The position numbers were made by a program, and so were the translations under genes. A stretch of 64,000 bases of DNA, from the NCBI GenBank assembly GCA_002780005.1, contig PEWV01000071.1, forward strand, positions 2,188 to 66,187, given 5' to 3'. The notes under the pieces are model-generated. The model was given only the letters and a program-made list of their open reading frames with translations. It did no database searches and had not been told where the DNA came from. Shown in pieces: positions 50,624-59,992 of the stretch. Positions within the stretch are counted from its first letter, which is position 1. Each line of letters begins with the position of its first letter. The stretch comes from Candidatus Aquitaenariimonas noxiae (GTDB lineage: Bacteria; Omnitrophota; Gorgyraeia; Aquitaenariimonadales; Aquitaenariimonadaceae).

Positions 50624-52011
50624 ACAAATCCTTGGAGTATAGGCTTTGGATTATTTTTTTCTTCTATACTGCATTTGTATCGCTTTTTATTCAGTTAATA
50701 TTACTTCCGTATTTTTTTTCTTCATGGCATGCGGGTAATGGTTTATTGACTAGCTCGCTGGATTCGCTAAGTTTTCATAAAAGTGCGGTAGATTTGGCAC
50801 AAAAAATCCACGTTTATGGCTGGTCTGTTTGGGAGCTACGCCCTAAGGGTCAAAGCCCCGTAGGTGTCGTTGCCGCTATTTATGCGTTAACTACAGCAAA
50901 ACCCTGGGTACTTATTCCCTTGAGTGCATTTCTTCATGCTACTGCAGCTATTATATTGCTTAAAATGATCCTGCTATTTTTACCTGATTGGAAAAAAGCG
51001 ATTTGGTGCGTATTGCCATTCGTTTTTTATCCCACGGCGGCCCTCTGGTATGCCCAAATTCATAAAGATGGATATTCCATTTTAGGACTACTGATGATAA
51101 TTTATGGTTTGATTATTTTGAGCAAGCATATTTTTATCAGGAAGGAATATTTAAAATTAACAAAAGGGTTTTTAATAATTTTATTTGGAACGTTTCTCAT
51201 ATGGTTGGTTAGGCCTTATTTAATGACCTATACCAATATGCTGACGTGTCTTTTTATCTCAATAGTTTTCGGTTTTTTGATCTTTATGTTTTTTAAAAAA
51301 AATATTAGGATAAAAACTCTTTCTCTAAATCTTTTTTTATTTATACTTTTGATATTGCTGCTTTCGCCAGAAAATATTTTTAGCTGGACTTTTAAAAAGT
51401 TTGAAGGTACCAAAACAATTACGCAAGATTTGACTAAGAGCAATAAGAACATAGCTGGCCCTATAAGCCCTAGCCACGAAACTAAAGGCGCTATACCGAC
51501 TACTACTACTAATGTGACTGATAAGGCCAGAGCTGGTTTTATAGCAAATAATGTTATTAAAATTAATCTAGCCAGGACTGGTTTTATAATGGCGAATCAT
51601 GCAGTGGACGCAAAAAGCGCTATCGATAACAATATAAATTTTAATACCTTATCAGATGTCATTTCTTACATCCCACGCGCGCTTCAAATTGTTTTTCTTT
51701 CTCCATTTCCTACAGATTGGTTTAAGCAAGGGACTTTTGAATCTAATACTTTAATGCGAAGAATTACAGGCGTTGAAATGCTGGGTGTTTACTTTTCTCT
51801 CATATTCTTGCCCTTTGCTGCATTTTATTGGAGAAAACAGATTGAGTTTTGGTTGGTTATTTTATTCTGCACAATTTTATTATTACTTCTTGGATTAATA
51901 ATAAATAATATTGGAACCCTGTGCCGCTTTCGCTATGGCTTGCTTATGACTATTGTAGCATTGGGCGTAGCAGGGTTTATTAAACTGCTTGAGGTTAAGT
52001 CAAAGAAATGA
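50620..52011 (+). CDS. Polytopic membrane protein, putative Wzy-like polysaccharide polymerase
   Basis: About 10 TM segments, large periplasmic loop, KDG and RPY motifs, PFP.W and C-terminal N.GTL.RFR. Confidence 0.5.
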   Translation: MNKSLEYRLWIIFFFYTAFVSLFIQLILLPYFFSSWHAGNGLLTSSLDSLSFHKSAVDLAQKIHVYGWSVWELRPKGQSPVGVVAAIYALTTAKPWVLIPLSAFLHATAAIILLKMILLFLPDWKKAIWCVLPFVFYPTAALWYAQIHKDGYSILGLLMIIYGLIILSKHIFIRKEYLKLTKGFLIILFGTFLIWLVRPYLMTYTNMLTCLFISIVFGFLIFMFFKKNIRIKTLSLNLFLFILLILLLSPENIFSWTFKKFEGTKTITQDLTKSNKNIAGPISPSHETKGAIPTTTTNVTDKARAGFIANNVIKINLARTGFIMANHAVDAKSAIDNNINFNTLSDVISYIPRALQIVFLSPFPTDWFKQGTFESNTLMRRITGVEMLGVYFSLIFLPFAAFYWRKQIEFWLVILFCTILLLLLGLIINNIGTLCRFRYGLLMTIVALGVAGFIKLLEVKSKK

Positions 52012-52023
52012 AAATAAAATAAT

Positions 52024-53913
52024 ATGTGCGGAATTTGTGGAATAGTTAATAAAAATGTCGATGATGTAACACTTAGGTCGATGTGTAAAAAATTAACTCA
52101 TCGCGGACCTGATGATGAGGGCATTTATATCAGCCATGGAACAAATGTGTCGGTCGGACTGGGACACAGGCGGCTTAGTATTATTGATCTTTCGATGAAT
52201 GCGCACCAGCCGATCTCAAATGAAGACGGGACAGCATGGTTAATTATAAACGGAGAAATATATAACTACCAAAAATTAAGAGAACAATTAGAGCTTAAAG
52301 GGCACCGATTTCGCTCCAGCAGCGATTCGGAAGTAGTTATTCATCTTTATGAAGATTTCGGAGAAAAATGCCTGCTTCATTTGAGAGGAGCGTTTGCCTT
52401 TGCCATATGGGATGAAAAACAAGATAAACTTTTCTTAGCGCGGGATAGGATCGGCAAAAAACCGATCATCTATTATTATGACGGCCAGACCTTTTGTTTT
52501 GCGTCAGAGTTTTCGGCATTGCTCGAGTCCGGCTTTGTTAAAAAGGAGATAAACTACGAAGCTATTCATCACTATCTAACTTTTGGTTATGTGCCGGCTC
52601 CGAATACAATTTATAAGAAAGTATTTAAACTATTGCCGGCTCATTATTGTAGTTATCAAAATGGCAAGCTTGATTTTACAAAGTATTGGGATCTGGATTA
52701 TGCTAATAAAATCGTCATTTCGGAAGAAGAGGCTGCTATTGAGCTTATTAAAATTTTAAAGGAGGCGACACGCTTGCGGTTAATTAGCGACGTCCCGCTA
52801 GGTGCATTTTTAAGCGGCGGCGTAGACTCGAGCGCTGTTGTGGCTTTAATGAGCCAGTTGACCAACAAAGTAAAAACATTCTCCATAGGATTCGAAGACG
52901 AGGATTTTAATGAATTAAAATATGCCAGAAATGTTGCTAAAAAATATGCGACTGACCATAAAGAATTTATTGTGAAACCTAAGGCCTTGGAAATATTGCC
53001 GCTTTTGGTTGAGCGCTATGGTGAGCCGTATGCGGATTCTTCAGCAATTCCTACTTACTATGTTTCAAAGGAGACGAGTAAATATGTTAAAGTAGCCTTA
53101 AATGGTGACGGAGGCGATGAATCTTTTGCCGGTTACGAACGATATCAGGTTATGAAAATAGCCGAAAAATATAATCGCCTCCCGGCAATTATGCGAAATA
53201 TAATAACGCAAATGGCTATGCGCGTACTACCTGATTCTGTTAATTTTAAAGATAAGCGCAGAAGGTTAAGGCGTTTTCTTGAGAATATATCAGCGCCTTT
53301 TTATTCTCGATATTGCCACTGGGTATCACTAATAGACGATATTTCCAAGAATAGTTTGTACAGCGAAAATTTTAAGATGTGGATTGAAACGGGTGACTGT
53401 GCAAACTGGATCCGCGATTTTACTAATTTGCCTCATAATATGGAGCTCGTAGATCGCTTAATGGCAATTGACATCAAGACAAACCTTGCCAATGATCTGG
53501 TCGTTAAAATGGATATTGCCAGCATGGCCAATTCCATCGAGACACGCTCGCCTTTCCTAGATCAGGAGGTAATGCAATTTGCGGCAAGATTGCCTGCCAA
53601 TTTCAAGCTAAAAGGATCAGTAAAAAAATATATCTTAAAAAAAGGCCTTAAGGATCTAGTCCCTCGGGAGAACATGAACCGGCCAAAGATGGGATTTGGC
53701 GTACCGGTGGGAAGGTGGTTACGTGGGGAGTTGAAGGGGTATACACAGGAAGTTTTATTATCGAAAAATTCACTTAATCGCGGCTATTTCGACCAAGAAA
53801 AGCTTAAATACTACATAAATGAACATATTGACGGAAAAAAAGATCACGGGTACGGAGTGTGGGCATTATTGATGCTCGAACTGTGGCACCAAATATTCAT
53901 CGATAAGCACTAA
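52024..53913 (+). CDS. asnB: Asparagine synthase-type glutamine amidotransferase
   Basis: MCGICG, HRGPD, NGEIYN, RDRIGKKP, LSGGVDSS, EPYADSS, GDGGDESFAGY and KMGF motifs. Confidence 0.92.
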   Translation: MCGICGIVNKNVDDVTLRSMCKKLTHRGPDDEGIYISHGTNVSVGLGHRRLSIIDLSMNAHQPISNEDGTAWLIINGEIYNYQKLREQLELKGHRFRSSSDSEVVIHLYEDFGEKCLLHLRGAFAFAIWDEKQDKLFLARDRIGKKPIIYYYDGQTFCFASEFSALLESGFVKKEINYEAIHHYLTFGYVPAPNTIYKKVFKLLPAHYCSYQNGKLDFTKYWDLDYANKIVISEEEAAIELIKILKEATRLRLISDVPLGAFLSGGVDSSAVVALMSQLTNKVKTFSIGFEDEDFNELKYARNVAKKYATDHKEFIVKPKALEILPLLVERYGEPYADSSAIPTYYVSKETSKYVKVALNGDGGDESFAGYERYQVMKIAEKYNRLPAIMRNIITQMAMRVLPDSVNFKDKRRRLRRFLENISAPFYSRYCHWVSLIDDISKNSLYSENFKMWIETGDCANWIRDFTNLPHNMELVDRLMAIDIKTNLANDLVVKMDIASMANSIETRSPFLDQEVMQFAARLPANFKLKGSVKKYILKKGLKDLVPRENMNRPKMGFGVPVGRWLRGELKGYTQEVLLSKNSLNRGYFDQEKLKYYINEHIDGKKDHGYGVWALLMLELWHQIFIDKH

Positions 53914-53918
53914 TTCAA

Positions 53919-55124
53919 ATGGATACCAAAAAACAAAAGAAAATCAAAGTCTTACGCATAATTGCCAGGCTTAACATCGGAGGCCCTGCAATTCATGCAA
54001 TATTGCTTACCGGGGGAATTGATAAAAACCGGTTCGAGACCGTATTGGTTAGCGGCGTAACTAGCAAAGGTGAAGGAGATATGTTTTACCTAGCAAAAGA
54101 GAAGAATGTAAATCCTGTAATTATTCAAGAGTTGGGTCGAAACCTGAATATTCGTAATGATATTATCGCATTTTTTAAAATATACAAGCTCCTTAATAAA
54201 GAAAAACCGGATATTATCCATACGCACACAGCCAAGGCCGGCGCCCTGGGACGTCTTGCGGGAATCTTTTACAGATTCTTTTCGTGGAATAAATGCATAT
54301 TAATACATACATTCCACGGCCACATATTCCATAGCTATTTTGATAACTTAAGCACAAAACTATTTCTTTGGACAGAAAGATTCCTTGCTCGTTTTACAGA
54401 TACAATAATAACCATATCAAAGCAGCAATATTACGAGATAAAAAATGTATTCAAAGTCAGCTCAAAAGATAACATTGAAGTTATCCCTTTAGGCTTTGAT
54501 TTAGAGCCGTATCTTAATTCACTCCGGAAAGAGGGTAACTTTAGAAAAGACTTAAAAGTATCTGATAATGAAATACTTGTAGGCATCGTGGGAAGACTTG
54601 TGCCTATAAAAAATCACAGGTTATTATTGGAAGCTGCCAGCCAAATTAACGGAGATTTGGCCGGAAGGATAAAATTTATAATAATAGGGGATGGAGAATT
54701 AAAAGCTACATTAGTGGATTATGCGAAAGATTTAAGCATGGAAAACCGAGTAATCTTCGCGGGATGGCGCAAAGATCTCTATGAGATTTATCCGGATCTG
54801 GACATAGTTGCACTTACTTCATTAAACGAAGGCACTCCAATTTCAGTAATAGAGGCTATGGCGTGCGCTCGTCCTGTTATAGCTTCAGATGTGGGCGGCG
54901 TAAAGGATTTAATAGAAGATGGCGTAACAGGAATACTTTTTAGGCGAAATAACTCGAAAGAGCTGTCTAGCGCTATCATCCGCTTAGCTCAAGACGAAAT
55001 ATTAAGGAAAAAAATTGGGGATACGGCAAGAAACAAGGTTCGGGAGATCTATTCTGCAAAGCGGCTGGTCAGAGATATAGAAAATTTATATGAAAACTTA
55101 ATAAGGGAGCGGGAGGAAAAATGA
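53919..55124 (+). CDS. Glycosyltransferase family 4
   Basis: RLNIGGPA, HTHTAKAG, HTFHGH, GRLVPIKNH and EGTPISVIEAMA motifs. Confidence 0.9.
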   Translation: MDTKKQKKIKVLRIIARLNIGGPAIHAILLTGGIDKNRFETVLVSGVTSKGEGDMFYLAKEKNVNPVIIQELGRNLNIRNDIIAFFKIYKLLNKEKPDIIHTHTAKAGALGRLAGIFYRFFSWNKCILIHTFHGHIFHSYFDNLSTKLFLWTERFLARFTDTIITISKQQYYEIKNVFKVSSKDNIEVIPLGFDLEPYLNSLRKEGNFRKDLKVSDNEILVGIVGRLVPIKNHRLLLEAASQINGDLAGRIKFIIIGDGELKATLVDYAKDLSMENRVIFAGWRKDLYEIYPDLDIVALTSLNEGTPISVIEAMACARPVIASDVGGVKDLIEDGVTGILFRRNNSKELSSAIIRLAQDEILRKKIGDTARNKVREIYSAKRLVRDIENLYENLIREREEK

Positions 55125-56089
55125 GAGTACTAATTACCGGGGGAATGGGGTTTATAGGATCGCACTTAGCCGATGAATTATTGAAAAAAGGACATGCGGT
55201 TTCCTTAGTCGACAATCTATCAACTGGGAACATCGATAACATAAAAAATATAAAAGATCATAAGAATTTGTCTTTTAAGATCGAGAGCATAATGAATGAA
55301 AAGGCAATGCGCACGTTCATAAAGAAATGCGATATGGTCTATCACCTTGCAGCCGCTGTCGGGGTGAAGTATATAATTGACAACCCATTAGAATCAATAC
55401 AGGTAAACGTTAAAGGAACCGAAATAGTGCTGGAACTGGCTAATGAATACGGCAAGAAGAAAGTGATCATAGCCTCTACCTCGGAAGTCTACGGTAAGAA
55501 TGTGGATGGGGTGCGGGCTTTCAAGGAAAATGACGACAGGGTCTTGGGGTCAACTACGATTTCACGATGGAGTTACGCATCCACCAAGTCCCTCGATGAA
55601 TTTTTGGCCCTTGCTTACTACAGAGAAAAAAAATTACCTGTCGTAATAGTGCGGCTATTTAACACGGTCGGCCCTCGTCAGACAGGGCACTACGGCATGG
55701 TAGTCCCGCGTTTTATAAAACAGGCGCTAATGAACCACCCATTGACAGTTTATGGGGACGGAAAGCAGACAAGAAGCTTCACATATGTATCAGACGTAGT
55801 CAAGGCAATAATCGCACTGGCTGAAAGCAGGAAAGCAGAAGGCGAAATATTCAACATAGGCAACCCTAAGGGAATTACTATAGAGGAATTGGCAAAAAAG
55901 ATAAAAAAAATGACAAATAGCCAATCAGAAATAGCTTACATTCCATATGAAAAGGCTTATGAAAAAGGCTTTGAAGACATGAGGCACAGAATGCCGAACA
56001 TAGATAAATTAAAACATTTTATCGGGTTTTCACCCGAAACAGATATAGATGATATATTGACGAAAACAATCGATTATTTTGAAAAATAA
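55121..56089 (+). CDS. NAD-dependent epimerase/dehydratase (SDR)
   Basis: TGGMGFIG, HLAAAVGV, STSEVYGK, RWSYASTK and RLFNTVGPRQ motifs. Confidence 0.9.
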   Translation: MRVLITGGMGFIGSHLADELLKKGHAVSLVDNLSTGNIDNIKNIKDHKNLSFKIESIMNEKAMRTFIKKCDMVYHLAAAVGVKYIIDNPLESIQVNVKGTEIVLELANEYGKKKVIIASTSEVYGKNVDGVRAFKENDDRVLGSTTISRWSYASTKSLDEFLALAYYREKKLPVVIVRLFNTVGPRQTGHYGMVVPRFIKQALMNHPLTVYGDGKQTRSFTYVSDVVKAIIALAESRKAEGEIFNIGNPKGITIEELAKKIKKMTNSQSEIAYIPYEKAYEKGFEDMRHRMPNIDKLKHFIGFSPETDIDDILTKTIDYFEK

Positions 56090-56106
56090 GGGATGGTATT
56101 AAAAAA

Positions 56107-58365
56107 ATGAAGATACAATTCGTCATTCTGGTCGCATTTTTAATTTCAATAGCTGTATCGTATTTGCTTACCCCTTTGGCGCGAAACATGGCTTTTAAAT
56201 TCAATGTTCTAGATCGCCCGAATAAAAGGAAGGTCCACATCAAACCGGTACCTTTATTAGGCGGGGTAGCTATTTACATTGCCTTCTTTTCGGCTTTATT
56301 GTTTACCACTGCCTTAACTAAGCAAATTCTTGGTTTATTTATCGGAAGCACTATTCTGTTAATTACAGGTATAATCGATGATAGGCAGGGGATGTCGCCG
56401 CGAACAAAACTTTTAGCGCAATTAGTAGCAGCGCTTATCGTGACACGGTTAGGCATAAAGACAATATTTTTACCGGATTATTATCTAAACTTTTTTGTTA
56501 CTTGTTTCTGGATCGTTGGCATAACAAATGCTTTTAACTTGCTGGACAATCTCAACGGCCTTTCGGCCGGCTTAGCGGCTATCTCCGCTATGTTTCTATG
56601 CATCTTGGGACTTCATAGCGGCCAAACGGACCTGCCCATTCTGGCCATAGCGCTTACTGGCTCATGTATAGGTTTTCTTCGCTATAACTTTCCGAAAGCA
56701 AGTATATTTATGGGTGACGCAGGAAGTATGTTCCTCGGATTTATATTATCGAGTATTGCGGTATTGGGCAATTGGAAGGCTGTCACGGTTCCGTTTTCCC
56801 TGTGCATTCCTATCTTGATATTGGCATACCCAATTTTTGATACAACGCTGGTTGTTATAAGCAGGCTCCTGAACAAGAGGCCTATTTATATAGGCGGCAA
56901 AGATCATTCTTCGCATCGCCTTGCAATTATAGGATTAAAGCGTCGTAAAGCGGTCCTGTTTATTTTCATAGTGACTTTCTTTTTGGGATTAAGCGGAGTA
57001 TTGATGTCAAAAGTTGACTATAAGGCCGGTATTATTGTCTTAGCGTCTGTATTTTTAGGCATTCTCATCTTTGGAATAAGACTCGGCACTGTAAATGTTT
57101 ATAGAAATAACATAAAGAATGGCAAAATGAACTTCATAAATCCTTATGCAAAAGAAAAACTAATTAAAATCTTTAGCGAGATTACAACGTATAGCGTTTA
57201 TCTCATCCCATTCTGCTTGTCCATTTCAAAAGCGCTTTTGGAAACAGCTATATCGATAGCGATGATAAGTTGGATCATACAAAAACTGTTAAAAAAAGAA
57301 TATAAGATAAACCATACGCCTCTCAATCTTCCCATAATCGTATTTTTTATGGCCGTATCCCTTTCATTGATCAATACCGAATTTGTCGGGGAAAGTTTGA
57401 AAGATTTATTTTTTAAAACAGGGGAGTATGTGTTTCTTTTCTTCATAGTAGTAGATACCATCGATAATAAACAAAAACTAAACAAAGTTTTTATATCTTT
57501 GGCCGCTGCAAGTATCGTTGCGGGTTTAGCGGCAGCTTTGCAGCCTATAACTAAATATGACTTTATCCGCTGGAGGCTTAGCTTTATTGAAGGCAAAGTC
57601 GCCGGACCATTCGGCATACCAAACACCTTCGCAGCATGGTGTATCACATTGTTGCCTATATGGTTAAGTTTGTTTCTATGTGATATAAAAAACAAAATAT
57701 TGAAACTTTTTGTAGGCTGTTTAACAATTTTACTTTTAGCGGCGTTTTTTATGAGTAAGGTAAGGGGCGCTCATTTAGCGCTTGCAGGGGCTTTGTTTTT
57801 TTTCGTCATACTTAAAGGAAAGAATATTAAATTGATGTTTACAGTTATGATATTACCTATCATAGCCACTTTAATCGCAAACGTCTTTTTCTTATTCAGC
57901 ATTGCTGCGTACATACAGTATAAAGATAGACTTTCGTGGTGGGGAACAGCGTTAAATATGATACAGACCCATCCTATAATCGGCGTTGGAGCTAATAATT
58001 TTATCAGCGTTTTTCCAAAATACAATTTAGATCCGAGTTCAACGCCGGCGTATGCGCACAATTGCTATCTTCAATTGATGGCAGAGTGCGGAATACTTGG
58101 ATTCTTGATCTTTTCATGGATGATAGTCATATTATTCAAAATGGGGATTGCTAATTACATACGCATTAAAGACACTGTGGAAGGAAGCCTGCTTCTCGGC
58201 GTCATGGTAGGCATAGTTGCCATGCTGCTGCACAGTTTTGTAGATACGAATTTGTATTCACTTCAATTAGTAATATTACTATGGTTTCTGATGGGTATTG
58301 TCGGTAGTTTTTCAATAATTTACATAGGGCGTCACAAAAGTGCCGCCCTTGATTACAGTGATTAA
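56107..58365 (+). CDS. Fusion: WecA/MraY-family polyprenyl-phosphate HexNAc-1-P transferase + O-antigen ligase (Wzy_C) domain
   Basis: aa 1-~335 contain DRPNKRKVH, PLLGG, GIIDD, NAFNLLDNLNGL, FMGDAGS and DHSSHRL. aa ~341-752 contain GPFGIPN, RGA, R..WW, HPIIGVG and AHNCYLQLMAECG. Confidence 0.85.
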   Translation: MKIQFVILVAFLISIAVSYLLTPLARNMAFKFNVLDRPNKRKVHIKPVPLLGGVAIYIAFFSALLFTTALTKQILGLFIGSTILLITGIIDDRQGMSPRTKLLAQLVAALIVTRLGIKTIFLPDYYLNFFVTCFWIVGITNAFNLLDNLNGLSAGLAAISAMFLCILGLHSGQTDLPILAIALTGSCIGFLRYNFPKASIFMGDAGSMFLGFILSSIAVLGNWKAVTVPFSLCIPILILAYPIFDTTLVVISRLLNKRPIYIGGKDHSSHRLAIIGLKRRKAVLFIFIVTFFLGLSGVLMSKVDYKAGIIVLASVFLGILIFGIRLGTVNVYRNNIKNGKMNFINPYAKEKLIKIFSEITTYSVYLIPFCLSISKALLETAISIAMISWIIQKLLKKEYKINHTPLNLPIIVFFMAVSLSLINTEFVGESLKDLFFKTGEYVFLFFIVVDTIDNKQKLNKVFISLAAASIVAGLAAALQPITKYDFIRWRLSFIEGKVAGPFGIPNTFAAWCITLLPIWLSLFLCDIKNKILKLFVGCLTILLLAAFFMSKVRGAHLALAGALFFFVILKGKNIKLMFTVMILPIIATLIANVFFLFSIAAYIQYKDRLSWWGTALNMIQTHPIIGVGANNFISVFPKYNLDPSSTPAYAHNCYLQLMAECGILGFLIFSWMIVILFKMGIANYIRIKDTVEGSLLLGVMVGIVAMLLHSFVDTNLYSLQLVILLWFLMGIVGSFSIIYIGRHKSAALDYSD

Positions 58366-58434
58366 AAATGCAGATTACAGAAATTATTTACCGACGTAAC
58401 AATCACTGTAATCTATTTGAAATCGCTGTAATCA
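58350..58434. repeat. Four-unit inverted/direct repeat array (GATTACAG..ATT x2, AATC.CTGTAATC x2)
   Basis: GATTACAGTGATT (58351-58363) is the exact reverse complement of AATCACTGTAATC (58401-58413). Variant copies lie at 58373-58385 and 58421-58433. Confidence 0.85.
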
Positions 58435-58463
58435 TAGGCTGGAACGAGTTTCGTGACAGCCTA
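58435..58463 (+). other. Stem-loop with internal GA/GA mismatch upstream of the LexA-like gene
   Basis: TAGGCTG-GA-ACGA-GTT-TCGT-GA-CAGCCTA. Confidence 0.55.
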
Positions 58464-58491
58464 ATAATTTACAGAAAAGGAGGAGGTATTT

Positions 58492-58722
58492 ATGAAAGAA
58501 CATAGTCTCACAACAAAGCAGAAAGTTGTTTATGACTACGTAAAGAATTATCTCGAAATGAATAAAAGATCTCCTTTCATACGGGAGATACAGGAGGCGT
58601 GTCAAATAAACTCCTACAAAGGGGCTGTTGACAAGCTTCTCGCGCTGGAAAAGAAAGGATATATCACTCGAAAGCTCAATAAGCACCGCGGCATAATGCT
58701 TAACGGCGCAGAAAATAATTAA
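58492..58722 (+). CDS. Stand-alone LexA-type winged-helix DNA-binding domain protein
   Basis: LTTKQ..VYDY......SP.IREI....INS...V...L.ALEKKGYI.R....RGI; strong RBS AGGAGGAGG; no S24 peptidase domain. Confidence 0.85.
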   Translation: MKEHSLTTKQKVVYDYVKNYLEMNKRSPFIREIQEACQINSYKGAVDKLLALEKKGYITRKLNKHRGIMLNGAENN

Positions 58723-58750
58723 CATCTAAGCCAATCGGAAGCGATTAAAC

Positions 58751-59992
58751 TTGAAAGCGATAGATAGTATCTTAAAACATTCTATATTTATGATCATAGC
58801 CACGGCTTTGGTTAACATCTTTAACCTTCTCTATCAGCTATTTATGGTGAGAAATCTAGATGCAACAAGCTACGGCATATTGAACTCAATCTTCGCCATA
58901 ATTATGATACTAGGCATACCGGCATTAACCATTCAAATGTCTGTAACAAATTTTGTATCCCGGTATAACGCTAGCGGACAATTTGGAAGCATAAAAGCCA
59001 TTGCTGCAAAATTACTTAAAAGAATGACTATCTTTGGCGGCTTGTTATTTCTAGTAATATTGATTTTTAGCGGCTCAATTTCGGATTATCTCAAGCTGCC
59101 GACTATTACTCCAGTTATAGTAATGGCCCTGGTAATATTCCTATCAATGATCTTGCCTGTTCTTTTCGGTATGCTTCAAGGACTTCAAAAATTTGTCGCA
59201 TTAGGGGTCAATTATATATTAGTTTCTGCAGCTAAATTAGTTTTAGGTGTTATTTTTATTTCAATGGGTTTTGGTGCCACAGGGGCCTTGGGCGCGCTGG
59301 GCACTGCCAGCATGATCATTATTTTCACGGCGCTATATTCGCTAAAAAACATATTTGATAGACACATTGAAGAGGACAAATTTAATCTTGTAGGGCTCTA
59401 TAAATATCTTATTCCCGTAGGCCTTAGCCAACTCTGTTTTATGGTGCTAACACATTTACACATAGTTTTAGTAAAACATTTTTTTAGCCCGGAAGAAGCT
59501 GGAGTTTATTCCGTAGCCTCCATGACAGGGAGAATGATCTTATTCCTGCCTGCCGCAATAGGAATTGTTATGTTCCCAAAAAGCTCGCATCGCCATGCCA
59601 CAAAAAGCTCTTCGCTTGATATATTGAAAAAATCTCTTTTATTAACCGCGATTATATGTATCTTTGCATCTGCGTTAGCCATATTATTCCCCAATATGCT
59701 GATACGGCTATTTTCCGTAAAAAATGCTCCTATGTTTACGCCACTATCGAACCTTTTTGCGATAAGCATGATATTTTTCGCTTTATTAAACATCGTAATT
59801 TTTCATAACCTTGCCACGCAAAATCTATTATTTCTGTCATCGCTTGCACTGATCACTATTTTGCAAATAGTGGGTATATTGCTATTTCATGCAAATTTAT
59901 TTCAAGTACTATACGTAGTGTGTTTAAGCGGCATATCAGTTCTTCTCTTAAGCTTAACTACGATAAAATATAAGGCCGAGTATGCGCAATAA
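58751..59992 (+). CDS. Second Wzx-type oligosaccharide flippase
   Basis: About 12 TM segments; NLLYQLFMVRNL...YG, GMLQGLQKF, LVKHFF...AGVYS and VMFPK motifs; TTG start. Confidence 0.82.
   Translation: MKAIDSILKHSIFMIIATALVNIFNLLYQLFMVRNLDATSYGILNSIFAIIMILGIPALTIQMSVTNFVSRYNASGQFGSIKAIAAKLLKRMTIFGGLLFLVILIFSGSISDYLKLPTITPVIVMALVIFLSMILPVLFGMLQGLQKFVALGVNYILVSAAKLVLGVIFISMGFGATGALGALGTASMIIIFTALYSLKNIFDRHIEEDKFNLVGLYKYLIPVGLSQLCFMVLTHLHIVLVKHFFSPEEAGVYSVASMTGRMILFLPAAIGIVMFPKSSHRHATKSSSLDILKKSLLLTAIICIFASALAILFPNMLIRLFSVKNAPMFTPLSNLFAISMIFFALLNIVIFHNLATQNLLFLSSLALITILQIVGILLFHANLFQVLYVVCLSGISVLLLSLTTIKYKAEYAQ

Noticed and set aside
58442-58453. GAAC-GAG-TTTC as a Gram-positive LexA (Cheo) box
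   Set aside because: Spacing and right half do not fit GAAC-N4-GTTC. Better explained as part of the hairpin.
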